Below are positions 25,470 through 38,649 of a DNA stretch of 64,000 nucleotides, piece by piece. The stretch lies in the NCBI RefSeq assembly GCF_004010195.1, contig NC_057752.1, positions 8,754,387 to 8,818,386 on the forward strand. The letters run 5' to 3'. Within the stretch, counting starts at the first letter, position 1. Every line of letters starts with the position of its first letter. Origin of the DNA: Chiloscyllium plagiosum. Its lineage: Eukaryota. Both the position numbers and the translations under genes were made by a program. The notes beneath the pieces were generated by a model. That model was given only the letters and a program-made list of their open reading frames with translations, made no database searches and was not told the DNA's origin.

Positions 25470-28400
25470 CTTATAATAAAGGAGGGTCTATATTCTCCAC
25501 CAAGTTTCTCAAAAGTGTAGACATTAGAATAAAGCGATGTTCCTGACTTTTTAACTCATCCCACTTTATTTTTCTAAAATTACAAAAAGTGACAAAATAA
25601 TTTCCAAGATACTTTGCAGAAGTTAACAATACAAGAATTTTAAGAAAGCACAATATTCTGCATTGTAAATCCTATATTTGTAAGAACCCAAAATGAGAGA
25701 GAAGCTTTTTAACATATGCTGATTACATTTGAAACAGATAACATGCTTAATTGTAAACAGAGCTTTCCTACAGACAGTAACCCAACTCAAGAGGTTTGGA
25801 ATTTGAATGTTAAAGAAATGTAATGCTTGTGTTGGATGTCCAGGAGACTTTCTAAGAAAATCTAAGAAAAATGGCGAGCATGGAAAGGAAGAGAGGCTAT
25901 AGTTACTTTTTGGCCTACCAATAATAGGCTTTGATTGAGCATTGTTCTAACTGCAGGACAGGGGAGGTGTGTACAAACTGGTAAAATACAAGTTCCAGAC
26001 TGTTATTAGGAAGACCTTCTGCAGACAAAGAATAATCAATGTCTGGACAATATCTGAGAAGGTAGTGAGGCAAAAAAATTAGATCGAAGGAACAATTTGA
26101 TACCATCTGGTGGAAATGGGGATTTGTGAAAAGATGAGCTATTTGGAAAAACAGACTATTCTATCTGTATGGAGCTTTGCAACTCATCACTGAGTATCAC
26201 TGCAGATACAACCCAATCTTCTCAGCTCCAATTAAAAAAATGCTAAACTCTTATGATTCTTTGTGTAACTGTAATCCCTCACCCTAAGAAATCTAAACTG
26301 TACCCTTTCAATTGCTGTCATATCTTCCCATGCCTGGGAAGCGAATATGCTTGGGAAGGTGCTGGTCAAGTTTTAGTTAAAGCAAAGCAAGCCAAATAAA
26401 CACAATAATTTTGAAAAGATTTGGGTACACTACTTCACTGCTTCTTTTATCCTTGAACTTTTACCTTTCCTTCTATCCTCTGACTTAAGCCTTTTCCATC
26501 TGCCAAAATGTCAACTCCAGCTGGGAGAGAGCAGAATGATGACAATTGCATACATGGCCCTGGCCTACGCTGTTCAAAGAATCAACCAGCAGAGGGCATA
26601 AAATCCCTATAATGAAATAGGAATCCACCTCTCCTGTTAGATTTATTCAAGAGCTTGATACAATGCCTCACAACATTTCCACTGACCTACCTTCTCAAAC
26701 ATCAGCTAAATTGACAGGGATTATATTGCAATTACTCTTGAAAAGACCTGCTTAGACATATGCATGTTTATAATGAGTCCTTATCCTATACTATCTTGAT
26801 AGATGTGGTGAAAATGCAGCAAATAGATATTGTGCAAATTAATACATTCTTTGGCAGTGTTTTTAGCTCATGTATAGTTTTCATTTTGCAGCAAACACTT
26901 ATGTTGTCAAAATATATGAAAGACCTTAATGCTAAGTATTATGAACATTTAGCAGGAAGAAAATCCCTGTTACAGTTGTGCACATCTCATTTGGACACCT
27001 ACTGGGAGGCACAGGACTTCTCCAGGTGGAAATTTAGAAAAATGGATGACAAACTACTCTCTTAAGTTTCCCATCGATTTTAAGACAATTAAAGTTGCCC
27101 ACGCTCCAGGATAGTGCTGGCAACTCCAGCGATTAGAATAAGTTTCTGGACAGTGTTGTGATATGAGCTTGCAAGTAAGGAGAAAACTCCTGTGGAACAT
27201 TTAAATTTGCAAATTTTTGTCAATGGTCATAAAAATGTTGCAGCTGGGGAGGACAGTTGTAAGCAGGAGGTCATGAGATGAAACCTTCACAAATACAACC
27301 AACCAGATGTGGTAACCTTATGAACAGCAGCATTCTCAGCGACACAGACAAATCAGAATTCCATTTTATTCACTTCATCGTGATTCTGCACACAGGTCTA
27401 AAGCCACAGGTCTCTCAGAAGACTTTATTCCATTTCCAAATAGGACAAGACAGTGGTGAACAAGGTGCCAACATTTTCACAACTGAACCAGAACTAACAG
27501 CTGGACATGCAAATTTAGTAAATTACCAGAGTAATCAGATATATTTCAACAGTTCAATGGTAAGCTCATTACTTTGAATACTGAGCCAGATTAAATTAAC
27601 ATCTGGGTTTTTTTTGCCTTGTGGAAGTCTACAGATTTTAGTTGATAATATAAATGGCATTATGATTTAATCAATAAAATAAACATATTTGTTTTTTGAA
27701 TAAATCCTAAAGAGACATGAACCAATCATATTATATTCCTTATGTGCAACATTTTGCTACAAAAATGACATGCATGTTCTTCTGACCTTTCTTTTCTTCC
27801 CCGCATTTCGTTCCCAAAAATAAAAGTCTGGCAAACAATTCTCAAAAGGAAATTGGGCAAGCACTTGAGAGAAATAAAACTTGCAAGGTTATCGGACTGA
27901 CTGGATTGCTCCACAGAGAGCCAGCATGGACTTGCTGGACTGAATGGTCTTCTGTTGTGCTGCAATAATAATTCTCGAAGTTAATGAGCTTCCAGAAGAA
28001 ATAAATGTAATTATAGCATTTAAAAATCTTTTTGCCCAAAGATATGAATATATAGCGTACTACCGATAAGACTAAATTCTCACACTTCAGCACACTTCTT
28101 TTTCCTGCACCATGCTTTTGTCACGCTTTGAGACATCTGCTTATATTTGCTTGAATAGACATGGTTGTAATGCCTGATTTACTACTGTATTTCCTTGTCT
28201 AAATGTTACCATCCTTAAGTTGTGTCTCCCAGCTCACCACCACATGCCATAAAATACTTATGTTAAACATTTACACGCTTGAAAAATATTCTCAGATCAT
28301 TTCTACTGAAGATTACATTTAAAAAATGTCCCAAGTGCATTCAAATGCTCCTAGTTAAAGTCTCCTCAGCAATTCGGTTTTACCTTGTGGGAAAAATTAC

Positions 28401-28879
28401 CATAGAACCAAGTGTAATAATGGTGAATCAGATAGAATAACAAATCTAACCATGTATTGAGAATATATAGTTATACTTACGGGCTGTATGCAAACCTGGA
28501 AGATATAGAAATGTTGGAAACTCTCTGTATTAAAGAAGGTTTACCGTGTGGTTTCTTGGAAATTAAGTTGACAGTTTAATGCGTGATGTTTCCAGAAAAT
28601 CATACTACCTGAGGGGAGAAGACAAGTAAAACTTTTAGGAAGATAATGGAAAATGTTTATGGGCCTTAATTTCTGGAAATTGTTCTCACAGAACTAGGCA
28701 GCCATAAGGCAGAAATCCCTGTAGCTGAATGTCTCTGTCCATTTCTCAGCAGAGGCTTTTTTGGAACCTGATAAAGTTTACAGACACCAAATATTTCTGG
28801 CTACCTGATAAACTTTGAAAGGTTGAAATGTAACCATTTTCCAAAGACTTGGATCAAGCTTGATTTCACTCAGACCTAT

Positions 28880-29600
28880 AGACTCATAGAAGTTTTCAGC
28901 CTATCATTTCCAAACAGGTCAATAAACATCTAACTCAAAGTGCCATTTTCCAGCTTTCATTCCATAGCCCTGGGGTAATGCAAATGCATATATAAATATT
29001 GCTCCAATGTTTTGTGAATTTTTCAATTCAACCACCCCTTCAGGCAGTGTATTTCAGACTTCTACCACCATTTGTCTGAAAGATATTGCCCTCAAATCCC
29101 CTCTTACCTTAAAGCTATGCTCCGGGTTATTGACCCCTCCACTAATGGAAATAGTGCCTTCCTAGCCCCAACAGCTATGACCCTCATAATCATATACACC
29201 TCCATCAGATTCCCTCTCAACCTTTACTGCTCCAAGGAAAATAACCCTAGCCTATGCTGGTTATTGCCACAATTGGAGTACTGCATGCAGTTCTGGTTAC
29301 TACATTATAGGAAGGATGTGATTGCACTATAGAGTGTGCAGAGGATATTTACCAGGATGCTGGTATTCAGTCAATTCCATGATTCTATTATCTATCCAAA
29401 TTCTATGATTCTATGATTCAATGAAAACATTTATCATAGCTCAAACCCTCCAGTCCAGGCAGCATCCCGGTAAATATCCTCTAACCCCTCTGTAGTGCAG
29501 TGGCATCCTTCTTATAATGTAGTGACCAGAACCATAGCAGTATTCCAGTTGTGGCCTAACCAACATTTTATACAGTTCCAGCATAACTTACTCGCTCTAT
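28880..29600 (-). mobile_element. Old CR1 fragments (minus strand) with a short plus-strand CR1 piece and (ATTCTATG)n tail
   Basis: Reverse-oriented CR1 3' region; QLEYCMQFWLLHYRKD at about 29270-29330; ttctatgattctatgattc near 29401. Confidence 0.7.
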
Positions 29601-30255
29601 TGTGACGAAATGTGCCTTTGAGAGGGGTTTGTCCTGTTTCTCTTGAAGACAGGTGTTGTAAACCTGGTGCTGAGGTGTCTGCTTCATGGAAAGTAATTAG
29701 CTTTGGGTTTTTAAAAAATTAGACAAAAGAAGCATGAATGGGCGGAGTCAGGCTCACACAGACCTAGAGTTTTAGTTTTTCTTTCAGTTGTTGAAAGTTG
29801 GGGTGTTTGGAATTGAAGCTGCTAGATACAGCTCTCTATCTGCTGCTGCAAAAAGCTTGACATCCCTCTCTGTTGCTAGATTCATTCTGACAGTGTTCCT
29901 TCTCCTGGACTGGAGGAGATAGCGAATGAGGAAAATCTGTTTTTTATGAATTTACCTTTGCCAAGCTTGTGTTTATAGGATGCAGCAATATTGAAACAGT
30001 TGATGAGTAGTAGTGAGATAATATTTTATTTTGTTAATTATTTTAATAGAGTTAAAGTCATACCAATTCTTCTTTTTGTTTTTGCTTTGACTGTGGTGCA
30101 AGAATAATGTATGCTTTGCTTAAACTCTAGTAGTTTGACCAATGAAATCACATCTGAAACACAGCACTCTAACACTTACCTTTAAATAAGATAAAAGTTA
30201 GGGACTAGGCTATCTCCTGGATATGTTTTGGGGAGGTTTGGTCTGGTTCATAACA
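29601..30255 (+). repeat. 5' LTR (type A)
   Basis: Starts TGTGA and ends TAACA; its first about 350 bp recur at 40866-41215. Confidence 0.88.
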
Positions 30256-30636
30256 AGCTGGGGCCTCTTATCTGGATCAAAATCACTAATTCCAGATTGG
30301 GTTTAGGATTATTGGACTTAAAGGCAGTGAGTGGATGAATGTTGGTGTTCTCCTTTCAGGTGTTGCATTCAGTTGGTTTTCATAGGGTGTGTCTTGTGTA
30401 ATGATGGCTGTTTCAGAGGCTAAGAGTTTGCTAGGTGTGGCAGCAGTCTCTTGGGGTGATTTATAGATGGAAAGAAAAGCGAAGATTTTGGAATTGGCAG
30501 TCAGGCTGGAGTTGGGTTTGCCCTTGAGGAAAGGGAAGGTAATTGCAGCGATAGTTCAGCATTTACAATTGCCAGAAACACAATCGGAATAATTGAAAAT
30601 GGCTAAAATTCAACTGCAAATAGAATAGTGTGAATA

Positions 30637-31240
30637 TAGAGCATATGACATTGAACAGTACAACACAGGCATGGGCCCTTCAGCCCATGATGTTGTGCTG
30701 AACATGATACCAAATTGAACTAATCCCTTCTGTCTGTCCTTGGTCCATATCACTCTGTCCTTGCATATTCATGTGCATAACTAAACATCCCTTAAATGTT
30801 CCTATCATACGGTGCTTGCACCACCCTCCCTGGCAGTGCATTCCAGACTGCTACTACTGCCTGTGTAAATGCCCCTCACATCTCTTTTGAATTTTTCCCT
30901 AATCCACAAACGCATGCCCCTTAGTATTAGACATTTTACCTCTGGGAACAAGATTCTGACCGTTAACCCTAACTATATATCTCATAATTTTAACAACTTC
31001 TACCAAGTCTCCCTTCAGCCTCTGCCACTCCAGAGAAAACAACCCATGCTTTTCTAGCCTCTCCTTATAGCTCACACCCTCTAATCTAGGCAGCATCTGG
31101 TAACCTCTCTCCATAGCCTCACATCCTTCCTGTAATGGAGCGACCAGAATTCAATGCAACACTCTAAGTGTGGCCTGACCAAAGTCTTACAAAACTTCAA
31201 CATGACATCTTGACTCTTGTATTCAATTCCCCGACCAATA
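30637..31240 (-). mobile_element. CR1 3' fragment inserted in the Gypsy gag
   Basis: ORF 30899..31114 MLPRLEGVSYKERLEKHGLFSLEWQRLKGDL; gag resumes at 31241. Confidence 0.88.
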
Positions 31241-34200
31241 TGAAAAGGAAATGAAACAGTTTGAGTTACAATTGAAAACAGAAGAAAGGGATAAAAAGAG
31301 AACTTTTGAACCTAGGAAGTTGGAACTAAAAAGTGAGAGCCAACTTAAAACAGTGGAGGCAGAGGTGAAAGATAGGATTTATAACAAGGACAATGATGAA
31401 GAGCAAACCCATTGTAGACAAAGGCCTACTGGAGATCTGTTTAAATATGTCTGACCATTGCCTATGTTCAAGGAGAAGGACATAGTGGTATTTTTCATTT
31501 CATTTGAGGAAGTGGCTAGACAAATGAAATGGCCACTGACCATGTGGGTATAGGTGATTCAAAGTTGGAAGGTAGAGGTAGCGAGGTGATTGTCTCAGTA
31601 TCAGAAGAGGCATCTGGGGTGCATGATGAGGTGAAAAAAGCCATCTTAAGTGCATATGAACTAGTACCAGAAACCTACAGACAACGTTTTAGGAATCTGA
31701 GGAGGGAATGTGGTCAAACAAACATAGGGTTTGAATGGATCAAACAAAGTAACTGTGATATGTGGATCAGGGCTTTGAAACTGGATCATATGATGCTCTT
31801 AGAGAGATGATTATTTTGAAGGAGTCCAAAAATTCACTTCCTGAAGTAGTGACGACTCATGTAGAAGAGCAGAGAGTTAAGACTGCAAGATTAGCAGCCG
31901 AAATGGCAGATGATTATGAGTTGGTTCAAAAATCAAAGTTTAGCTTTTGCCATCAATTTCAATTTGTGAGAAAAAAGAGAAATCCTAACGTGATAAGGGA
32001 AAAGGAGATCTCATTGAAGATAGTAAAGATAGTTTACCACAGTCTAAAAAGGAAACCCATGAGGGGGAAAGAGAAGTAAAGAAGCTCAGGTGTTTTCACT
32101 GTAATAAAGTAAACCAAATGAAGTTGTAGTGTTGGTAGTTTAGAAAAAGCACTGGGAAGGTGGATGTGGGAAAGCAGAATAAGCTAATGGGCTTTGTTAA
32201 AGTGGTAATGGAAAGGACAGGGGAAGGTAAAGCACTGTAAAACAATGTACAGCCTGGTCAGGGGTTGGTTGAGAAAAAAGTGCCAGATCACTTTAAAGAA
32301 TTTATTTGTGAGAGTAAGGTTTACTTATGTATGCCAGGAGGAGCAGGTAAATAAATTAAGATTTTAAGAAATATCTGAGCAAGTCAATCTTTGATAGCGA
32401 TAGATGAGGAGATATGTAATTCAGAAGGAGTGTTGCTAAAAAAGAGGTTAATATGTGGAATTCATGATGTGAAGAGCTGTGTTCCATTGTACAAGGTGAG
32501 GTTGGAGAGTCTGGTAAAAAGTGGTGAAGTGGTGGTGGGTGTAACAGAGAAATTCACGGTTCCAGAAATACAATTTTCCCTTGGCAATGCTAGAGTTGAA
32601 TCATAGGAAGGAATGACGCCTACTGTGGTTGAAAAGCCAGTGGAAACTCAGGTAACTGAGGTGATACAGGAAGTATATCCTGGGACTCTTCCTGACTGTG
32701 TGGTAACAAGGTCACAAAGCCACAGGTGGAAACAAGAGGAGAAATCAATGAGTAAAGATAAGGAAGTTGAAGTTCAATTATCAGAGACTGTGTTTGAGCA
32801 AGTGGTTGAGAGAAAACACAAGAACAGGTGGAGCATAAAGTGGATATTTCTAGTTCAGAGAAATTAGCTGAATTACAACAGAAAGATGAAAAACTAAAGC
32901 ACTTGTATCAAAAAGCATACGCAGAAGAAGAATCTGAGTGTATCCCAGAATGTTACTATCTTGAAGATGAAGACTTGATGAGGAAATGGAGACCATCACA
33001 TCAACCAGATGAGAAATGGGCAGAAGTTCATCAAATTATATTACCAGTGGGTTATAGAAAGGAGGTGTTGCAGGTAGCACATCAATTACCAGTAGGAGGT
33101 CATTTGGCAGTAAGAAAAACACAAGCTGAAATACAAAAGCATTGTTATTGGACTGGACCATATAAAGATGTGGATGAATTATGCTGGACATGTCATACGT
33201 GTTAAGTAATAAGTAAACCTCAGGCAGTGATAAAACTAGCACCCTTAATATCCTTTCCAGAATTTGAAGAACCTTTTACAAGAGGTTTAATTGATTGCGT
33301 GGCGTCCCTCCCTAAAACAAAAAGCGGGAATTGGTATTTGGTGACCATAATGGATGTGTCTACTAGATTTCTACAAGCCATTCCATTATGCAGCATCATG
33401 GCTAAAAGGATTACAGAAGAGTTACGCAAATCTTTCATTAGATACAGACTACACATAGAAATACAATCGGATCAAACTTTACGTCAAAGCTGTTCAAGCA
33501 AGTTATGGATAGCTTAGGAACAAAACAATTCATACCATCCAGAATTGCAGAGAGAATTAGAACAGTGGCATCAAACTTTGAAGACCATGTTGAGGGCCTA
33601 CAGTCAAGAGTATCCAGAGGCTTGGGAAAAAGAAATTCATTTGTATTTTTTTGCAATTTGGGATGCACCTAATGAATCAACTAAATTCAGTCCATTTGAA
33701 TTAGTTTTTGGACATAAGGTGAGAGGACCACTGAAATAAACTAAGGAAAAGTTGATGAGTCAGAGTTCAGAGATTATGTATTTGGACTATGTGTCAAATT
33801 TTAGGGAGAGATTAAATAAGGCGGGTGAGTTGGCTAGATAGCATTTGAAAATAGCACAACATGTGATGAAACAAGAAGCAGACAAGAGATTAAAAATTCA
33901 CAATTTTGTTCATGGAGAGAAAGTGTTAGTGTTAGTACCAGTGATAGGTGAACCTATAAAGGCAAGGCTTAGTGGGCCTCATCAAATTGAAAGAAAATTG
34001 AGTGAGATGAATTATTTGATAAGAATGCCAGAGTGTGTCACATGTATGTGCTCAAATGGTATTTTGGTAGGGAAGGAAAGCAAAAGGAGAACATGTTACT
34101 GGTTACAACTCAGAGTGAAGAACCAAAACCAGATAATTCTGAACTTGATATCCCTTAAACTAAATTGGATAATGAGGAAGTTCTCAAAAACTGGGGTTAA

Positions 34201-34448
34201 TTATTGAGTTACCTTCTGGAGGAAAATTATCAAAATAACCTGAAAGAGTTATTACAATCACATGGGGAGATACATGGGAATAAACTGAGAAGCAGTAAAC
34301 TGATTACGCATGATATTGATATAAGAAAAGCTATTCCAATTAAGCAAGACCCTTATAGGTTTAACTCTCTAAAGTTGGGACAGGTTCAAGAAGAGATTGA
34401 AAGCTTGCTCAAAGACAATATAATCGAAGTGAGTTGCAGCAAATAGAA

Positions 34449-34573
34449 GGAGAAAGTGAGGTCTGCAGATGCTGGAGATCAAAGTTGAAACTTTATTGCT
34501 GGAACAGCACAGCAGGTCAGGCAGTATCCAGGGAACAGGAGATTCGACGTTTCGGGCACAGGCCCTTCTTCAG
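34449..34573 (-). mobile_element. Short Penelope-terminus element with intact hammerhead motif, inserted in Gypsy RT
   Basis: Perfect 12-bp TSD cagcaaatagaa (34437-34448 / 34571-34582); minus strand reads CTGAAGA-A-GGGC(CTGT)GCCC-GAAA-CG-TC (34573-34546). Confidence 0.85.
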
Positions 34574-35106
34574 CAAATAGAACTCAACTGTAGTAATAGT
34601 CTCAAATCCAGATGGTACCCAACAATTATGTGTGGACTATCGCAAAGTCAATGCAGTTACAAAATCCAATTCATATCCAATTCCACATTTAGAAGACTAT
34701 CTTGAGAAGGTGGGACAAACAACTTACATTTCTAAGTCGGACATATCAGAGGTTACTTTTATCCGAAAGAGCAAAAGAAATTTCAGCTTTCATGACTCCA
34801 AATGGACTTAACTAGTTTAAAGTCATGCCATTTGGTCTGAAGAATGTGCCAGCCACATTTCAAAGACTAACCAAGATGGTCATTTTGGGATTACCCAATT
34901 GTGTGGTGCACATAGATGATTAGATGATTTCCAGTCATACATGGAAGGAACATTTGGAGCATCTATTGGAATTGTTCAATCGACTTCAGGAGGTGATAAA
35001 CCTGGCTAAGAGTGAGCTTGCAAAAGTCCAAATTGTGTTCCCATGCCTTATCATTGCACATGGAAAGATGGCCCCACGGGTTGTGAAAACAAAGGCTTTT
35101 GGGAAG

Positions 35107-38100
35107 TGGGATGATGCTGCTCCTTTAACAAGGTTATGTTGTCCTTGGTTTCTTTTTCAGGAGGACAGAAAGACACAAGTTCCGAAATGTCTAGGGTTGA
35201 TCTACTGATCTACTTGAGTAAGCAATGAAAGGGGAGTGGCCAGTTCTCCCAGCTCAGCTTTTCTCTGGTTTGTTTTGGTTTTAACAAGCAGAGTTGTGAA
35301 GCTGCTGGATCCAAAGAACTAGGTCCATGCTGATCCTCCCTCTCTCTGACATTTCTAAGAACCTGTGTTGGATTTTTATGGGGTGTTTATGGGGATTGTT
35401 GCAGGCATTTCGAACAGCATCATTAAGTTGGGATGATCTGTTGGGTTTTCAGATAGGCTAAGTTATTCTGTTCTCTTTTGTTTGTGTTTCATTTGCTAAT
35501 CTTGCAAATAAATTCTGTTTTGTTTAAAACTGAGTTGTTGGGCCAGCTGCATCACTCCTGGAAGTTCCACGTTACTCCTGCTTAAAACAATGAGCAAAGT
35601 TAGGGTCTGGGCTACTTTCTTGAAATGCGTGAGAGTGTCTGCTCAGGTCCATAATAGATTGCGGGCTCTTTGCGGGATTTGCTCTGTAGTTCCAAATTGG
35701 GATTAGAGTTGTTGGACTCAAAGGCAGCGATTGATAGGTGTTAGTGTCTTTTGTTCTGGGTGTTGAATTTGGTTGATTTATACAGTGCTTGGGATAGCAA
35801 TGGCTATTTCAGTCAGCAAGAGTTTTCTGGGGGTGGAAGAAGTGACTTTAGTCCAAGAAGGTGATTAAGTCCAAGCTGGAATTAATAGACAAGCTGGGGT
35901 TGGAGCTGCCTCCTTCCGTAAGGAAAGAAGAGATAATTACAGCAATAGGTCAGCATTTAAATTTGCTGGAAACACCATCAAAGTCTTTAGAGATAGTTAA
36001 AGTTCAATTGAAAATGAGGCAGCTTGAGGTTGAGGCAAAAGACAAGGAAAGGGCAACAGAGATGAAACTGTTTGAATTACAGTTAAAAGCAGAGGAGAGA
36101 GAAAAAGAATGAAAAGCCTGAGCAGAACAACAAGAAAAGGACAGAATTGCTTCAGCAGAACAAAAAGAAAAGAAGAGAGAAGAGAGAGAAAAGGAGAGAA
36201 GGGATAGGAAGAAAGAAAGGGAGTTTGAACTTCAGAAATTGGACAGGCACTTAGACAGGAAAGTCAGCTTAACATGATGGAGATGAAGGCTGAAGGTAAG
36301 CTCCGTGAGGAAGAGAGTGAGGATGAGCAAACCCATGGCAGCCAAAGGCCTGGTGGGGATCTGTTTAAATATATTCAAACATTGCCTTAATTTGATGAGA
36401 ACAATGTGGAAACCTTTTTCATCTCATTTGAAAAGGTGGCTAAACAAATGCAGTGGCCGGTGACCATGTGGGTTTTGTTGATCTAAATAGAACTTGTAGG
36501 TAGAGCTAGTGAGGTATTCGCATCCCTATCAGAGGAGGTATCTGGGGAGTATGAGGAAGTGAAGAAAGCCATCTTAAGTGCTCATGAGCTTGAAACGGAA
36601 AGAGAAGTTAAAAAACTCCAGTGTTTTCACTGTAATAAAGTAGACCACATGAAATCACAGTGTTGGTGAATGAGGAAAAACACTGGGAAGCCAAATGTAT
36701 AAAAACAGGATAAGCTAGTGAATTTTGTTGGGGTGGTAACAGAAAGCACAATGGAGGCTAGAACACTGCACCAGAATGTACAAGCTGGTCGGAGGTTGGT
36801 TAAGGAGCAAGTGCCAGTTCTTCTTAAACCATATACCTGCGAAGGTAAAGTTTACTCGTGTAGGCCAGGAGCAGCAGGTAAAGAGGTTACAATATTAATA
36901 GATGCAGGATTCTCTCCATCTGTGATGTTGAAAGCTGAAGAGATATGTACCCCTGAAGGACTATTGCCAGAAAAGGTACTAGTAATAGGAATTCATTGTG
37001 TGTGTGTGTGTGCGTTTGGGGTGGGGGGTTGTCAGTGTCTGTGAGAGAGAGAGAGAGAGAGTATGTGTGTGTGTATGTGAGTGTACAGGGGTCCAAGTCT
37101 GTGAGAGGGTGCATGTGGGAGTGTGGGAATGTGTGTGTCTGCAGGAGTGTGTTTGAGTGTGTGTGACACACACACACTCCCACAGACACACATTCTCCCA
37201 TATTCACACATGCACCCTCTCTCAGACTTAGATCCCTTTACACTCTCACACACACATATACACTCTCTTTCACAGACACTCACAACCCCCTACCCCAAAC
37301 ATACACACACACAAATCCACATGCACACATACATATACGTTTGTGGGGTGAATTTATACTTGCAGAGTTACATTGCACTTTGCTCAAAAACTGCATGAAT
37401 CCATGTAAGACCCTGTTAACACATTTTTTAGATTAGAATCAGTCTAAACATTATGGCACAGGCAACAGCATACAGGGGACTAACACCTTCAACATATTAT
37501 CTAGGCTGACATCAATTGTTAAAGTTAACCTGAGAATGTTACTTTTAACAAAAGTTTTGTAATTTACAAATGAAAGAAGTGAAACTAACACGGTCACTCT
37601 AACAGATGAGAGACTTAACAAACAATCGAGGTATTTTTCAATGAATAATTTCAGTTACATCACACTGTAAACTTTTGCTATAAATTCTGTGTCTTACAAT
37701 TGTGTACTCCACAACCACCTGAGGAAGGAGCAGTGCTCTGAAAGCTAGTGCTTCCAGTTAAACCTGTTGGACTACAACCTGGCGTTGTGTGATTTTTAAC
37801 TTTGTACACCCCAGTCCAACACCGGCATCTCCAAATCATGAAGAAATGGAGACCATCACACATTCAAGCAGAATTTCATCATTCGTATTGCAAGTGGGTT
37901 ATAGAAAGGAGGTGTTGCGAGTGGTGCATGAGCTACCAGTAGGGAGGCATTTAGGGGTGAGAAAAACTCAAGCTAAAATACAAAAAAAATTTTATTGGCC
38001 TGGACTGCACAAGGATGTAGTTGAATTTTGCCAGACATGTCATACATGTCAGGCCATTGGAAAACCACAGGCAGTAATAAATCCGTACCTTTAATACCTA

Positions 38101-38645
38101 TTCCTGCATTTGAGGAACCTTTTACAAGTATCTTAATTGATTGCATAGGACCCCTATCTAAAACAAGTAGTGGGAATCAGAATTTGTTCACGATAATGGA
38201 TGTGTCCACTGGATTTCCAGAGGCCATTCCAATATGCAATATCACAGCTAAAATGATTGTAGAGGAATTACTCACATTTTTCACTAAGTACGGATTACCC
38301 ACGGAGATACAATCAGATTAAGGGTCAAACTTCACATCAAAACTATTCAAGGAAGCTATGATAGCTTAGGAATGAAACAATTCAAATCTACTGCATACCA
38401 AACAGCATGACTTTAAACTGATACAGTCCATTCGGCATTATGAAAACCAAAATTGTCTTTGCTCTTTTGGGCAAAGGTTCCTGCCAGTACCCTCTGAGCA
38501 AGTCCAACTTAGAAATATAAGTTGCTTGTCCCACCTTTTCAACACAGTCGTCCAACCGCGAAATAGGATATGCATCAGTCTTTGTAACTGCATTGACTTT
38601 GCAATAGTCCACACATAACCTCTGGGTACCATCTGTTTTCTGTCC
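35107..38645 (+). mobile_element. Second, related Gmr1-type element nested in the RT of the first
   Basis: Different LTR (type B, about 35107-35656), PBS-like tgcgggctctttgcgggatttg, gag from about 35800, CFHC knuckle at about 36621, protease-like ILIDAGFS, integrase HELPVGRHL...CQTCHTC/LIDCIGP/IQSD, then an inverted RT piece 38388-38645. Confidence 0.85.
36997..37839 (+). mobile_element. Penelope-type 3' region and terminal repeat with 5' inversion and (CA/TG)n tracts
   Basis: Inverted repeat centred near 37166; terminal CTGAGGA-A-GGAGC-AGT-GCTCT-GAAA-GC-TA motif at 37719-37747; terminus matches 2125-2210. Confidence 0.7.
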
Positions 38646-38649
38646 ACCA

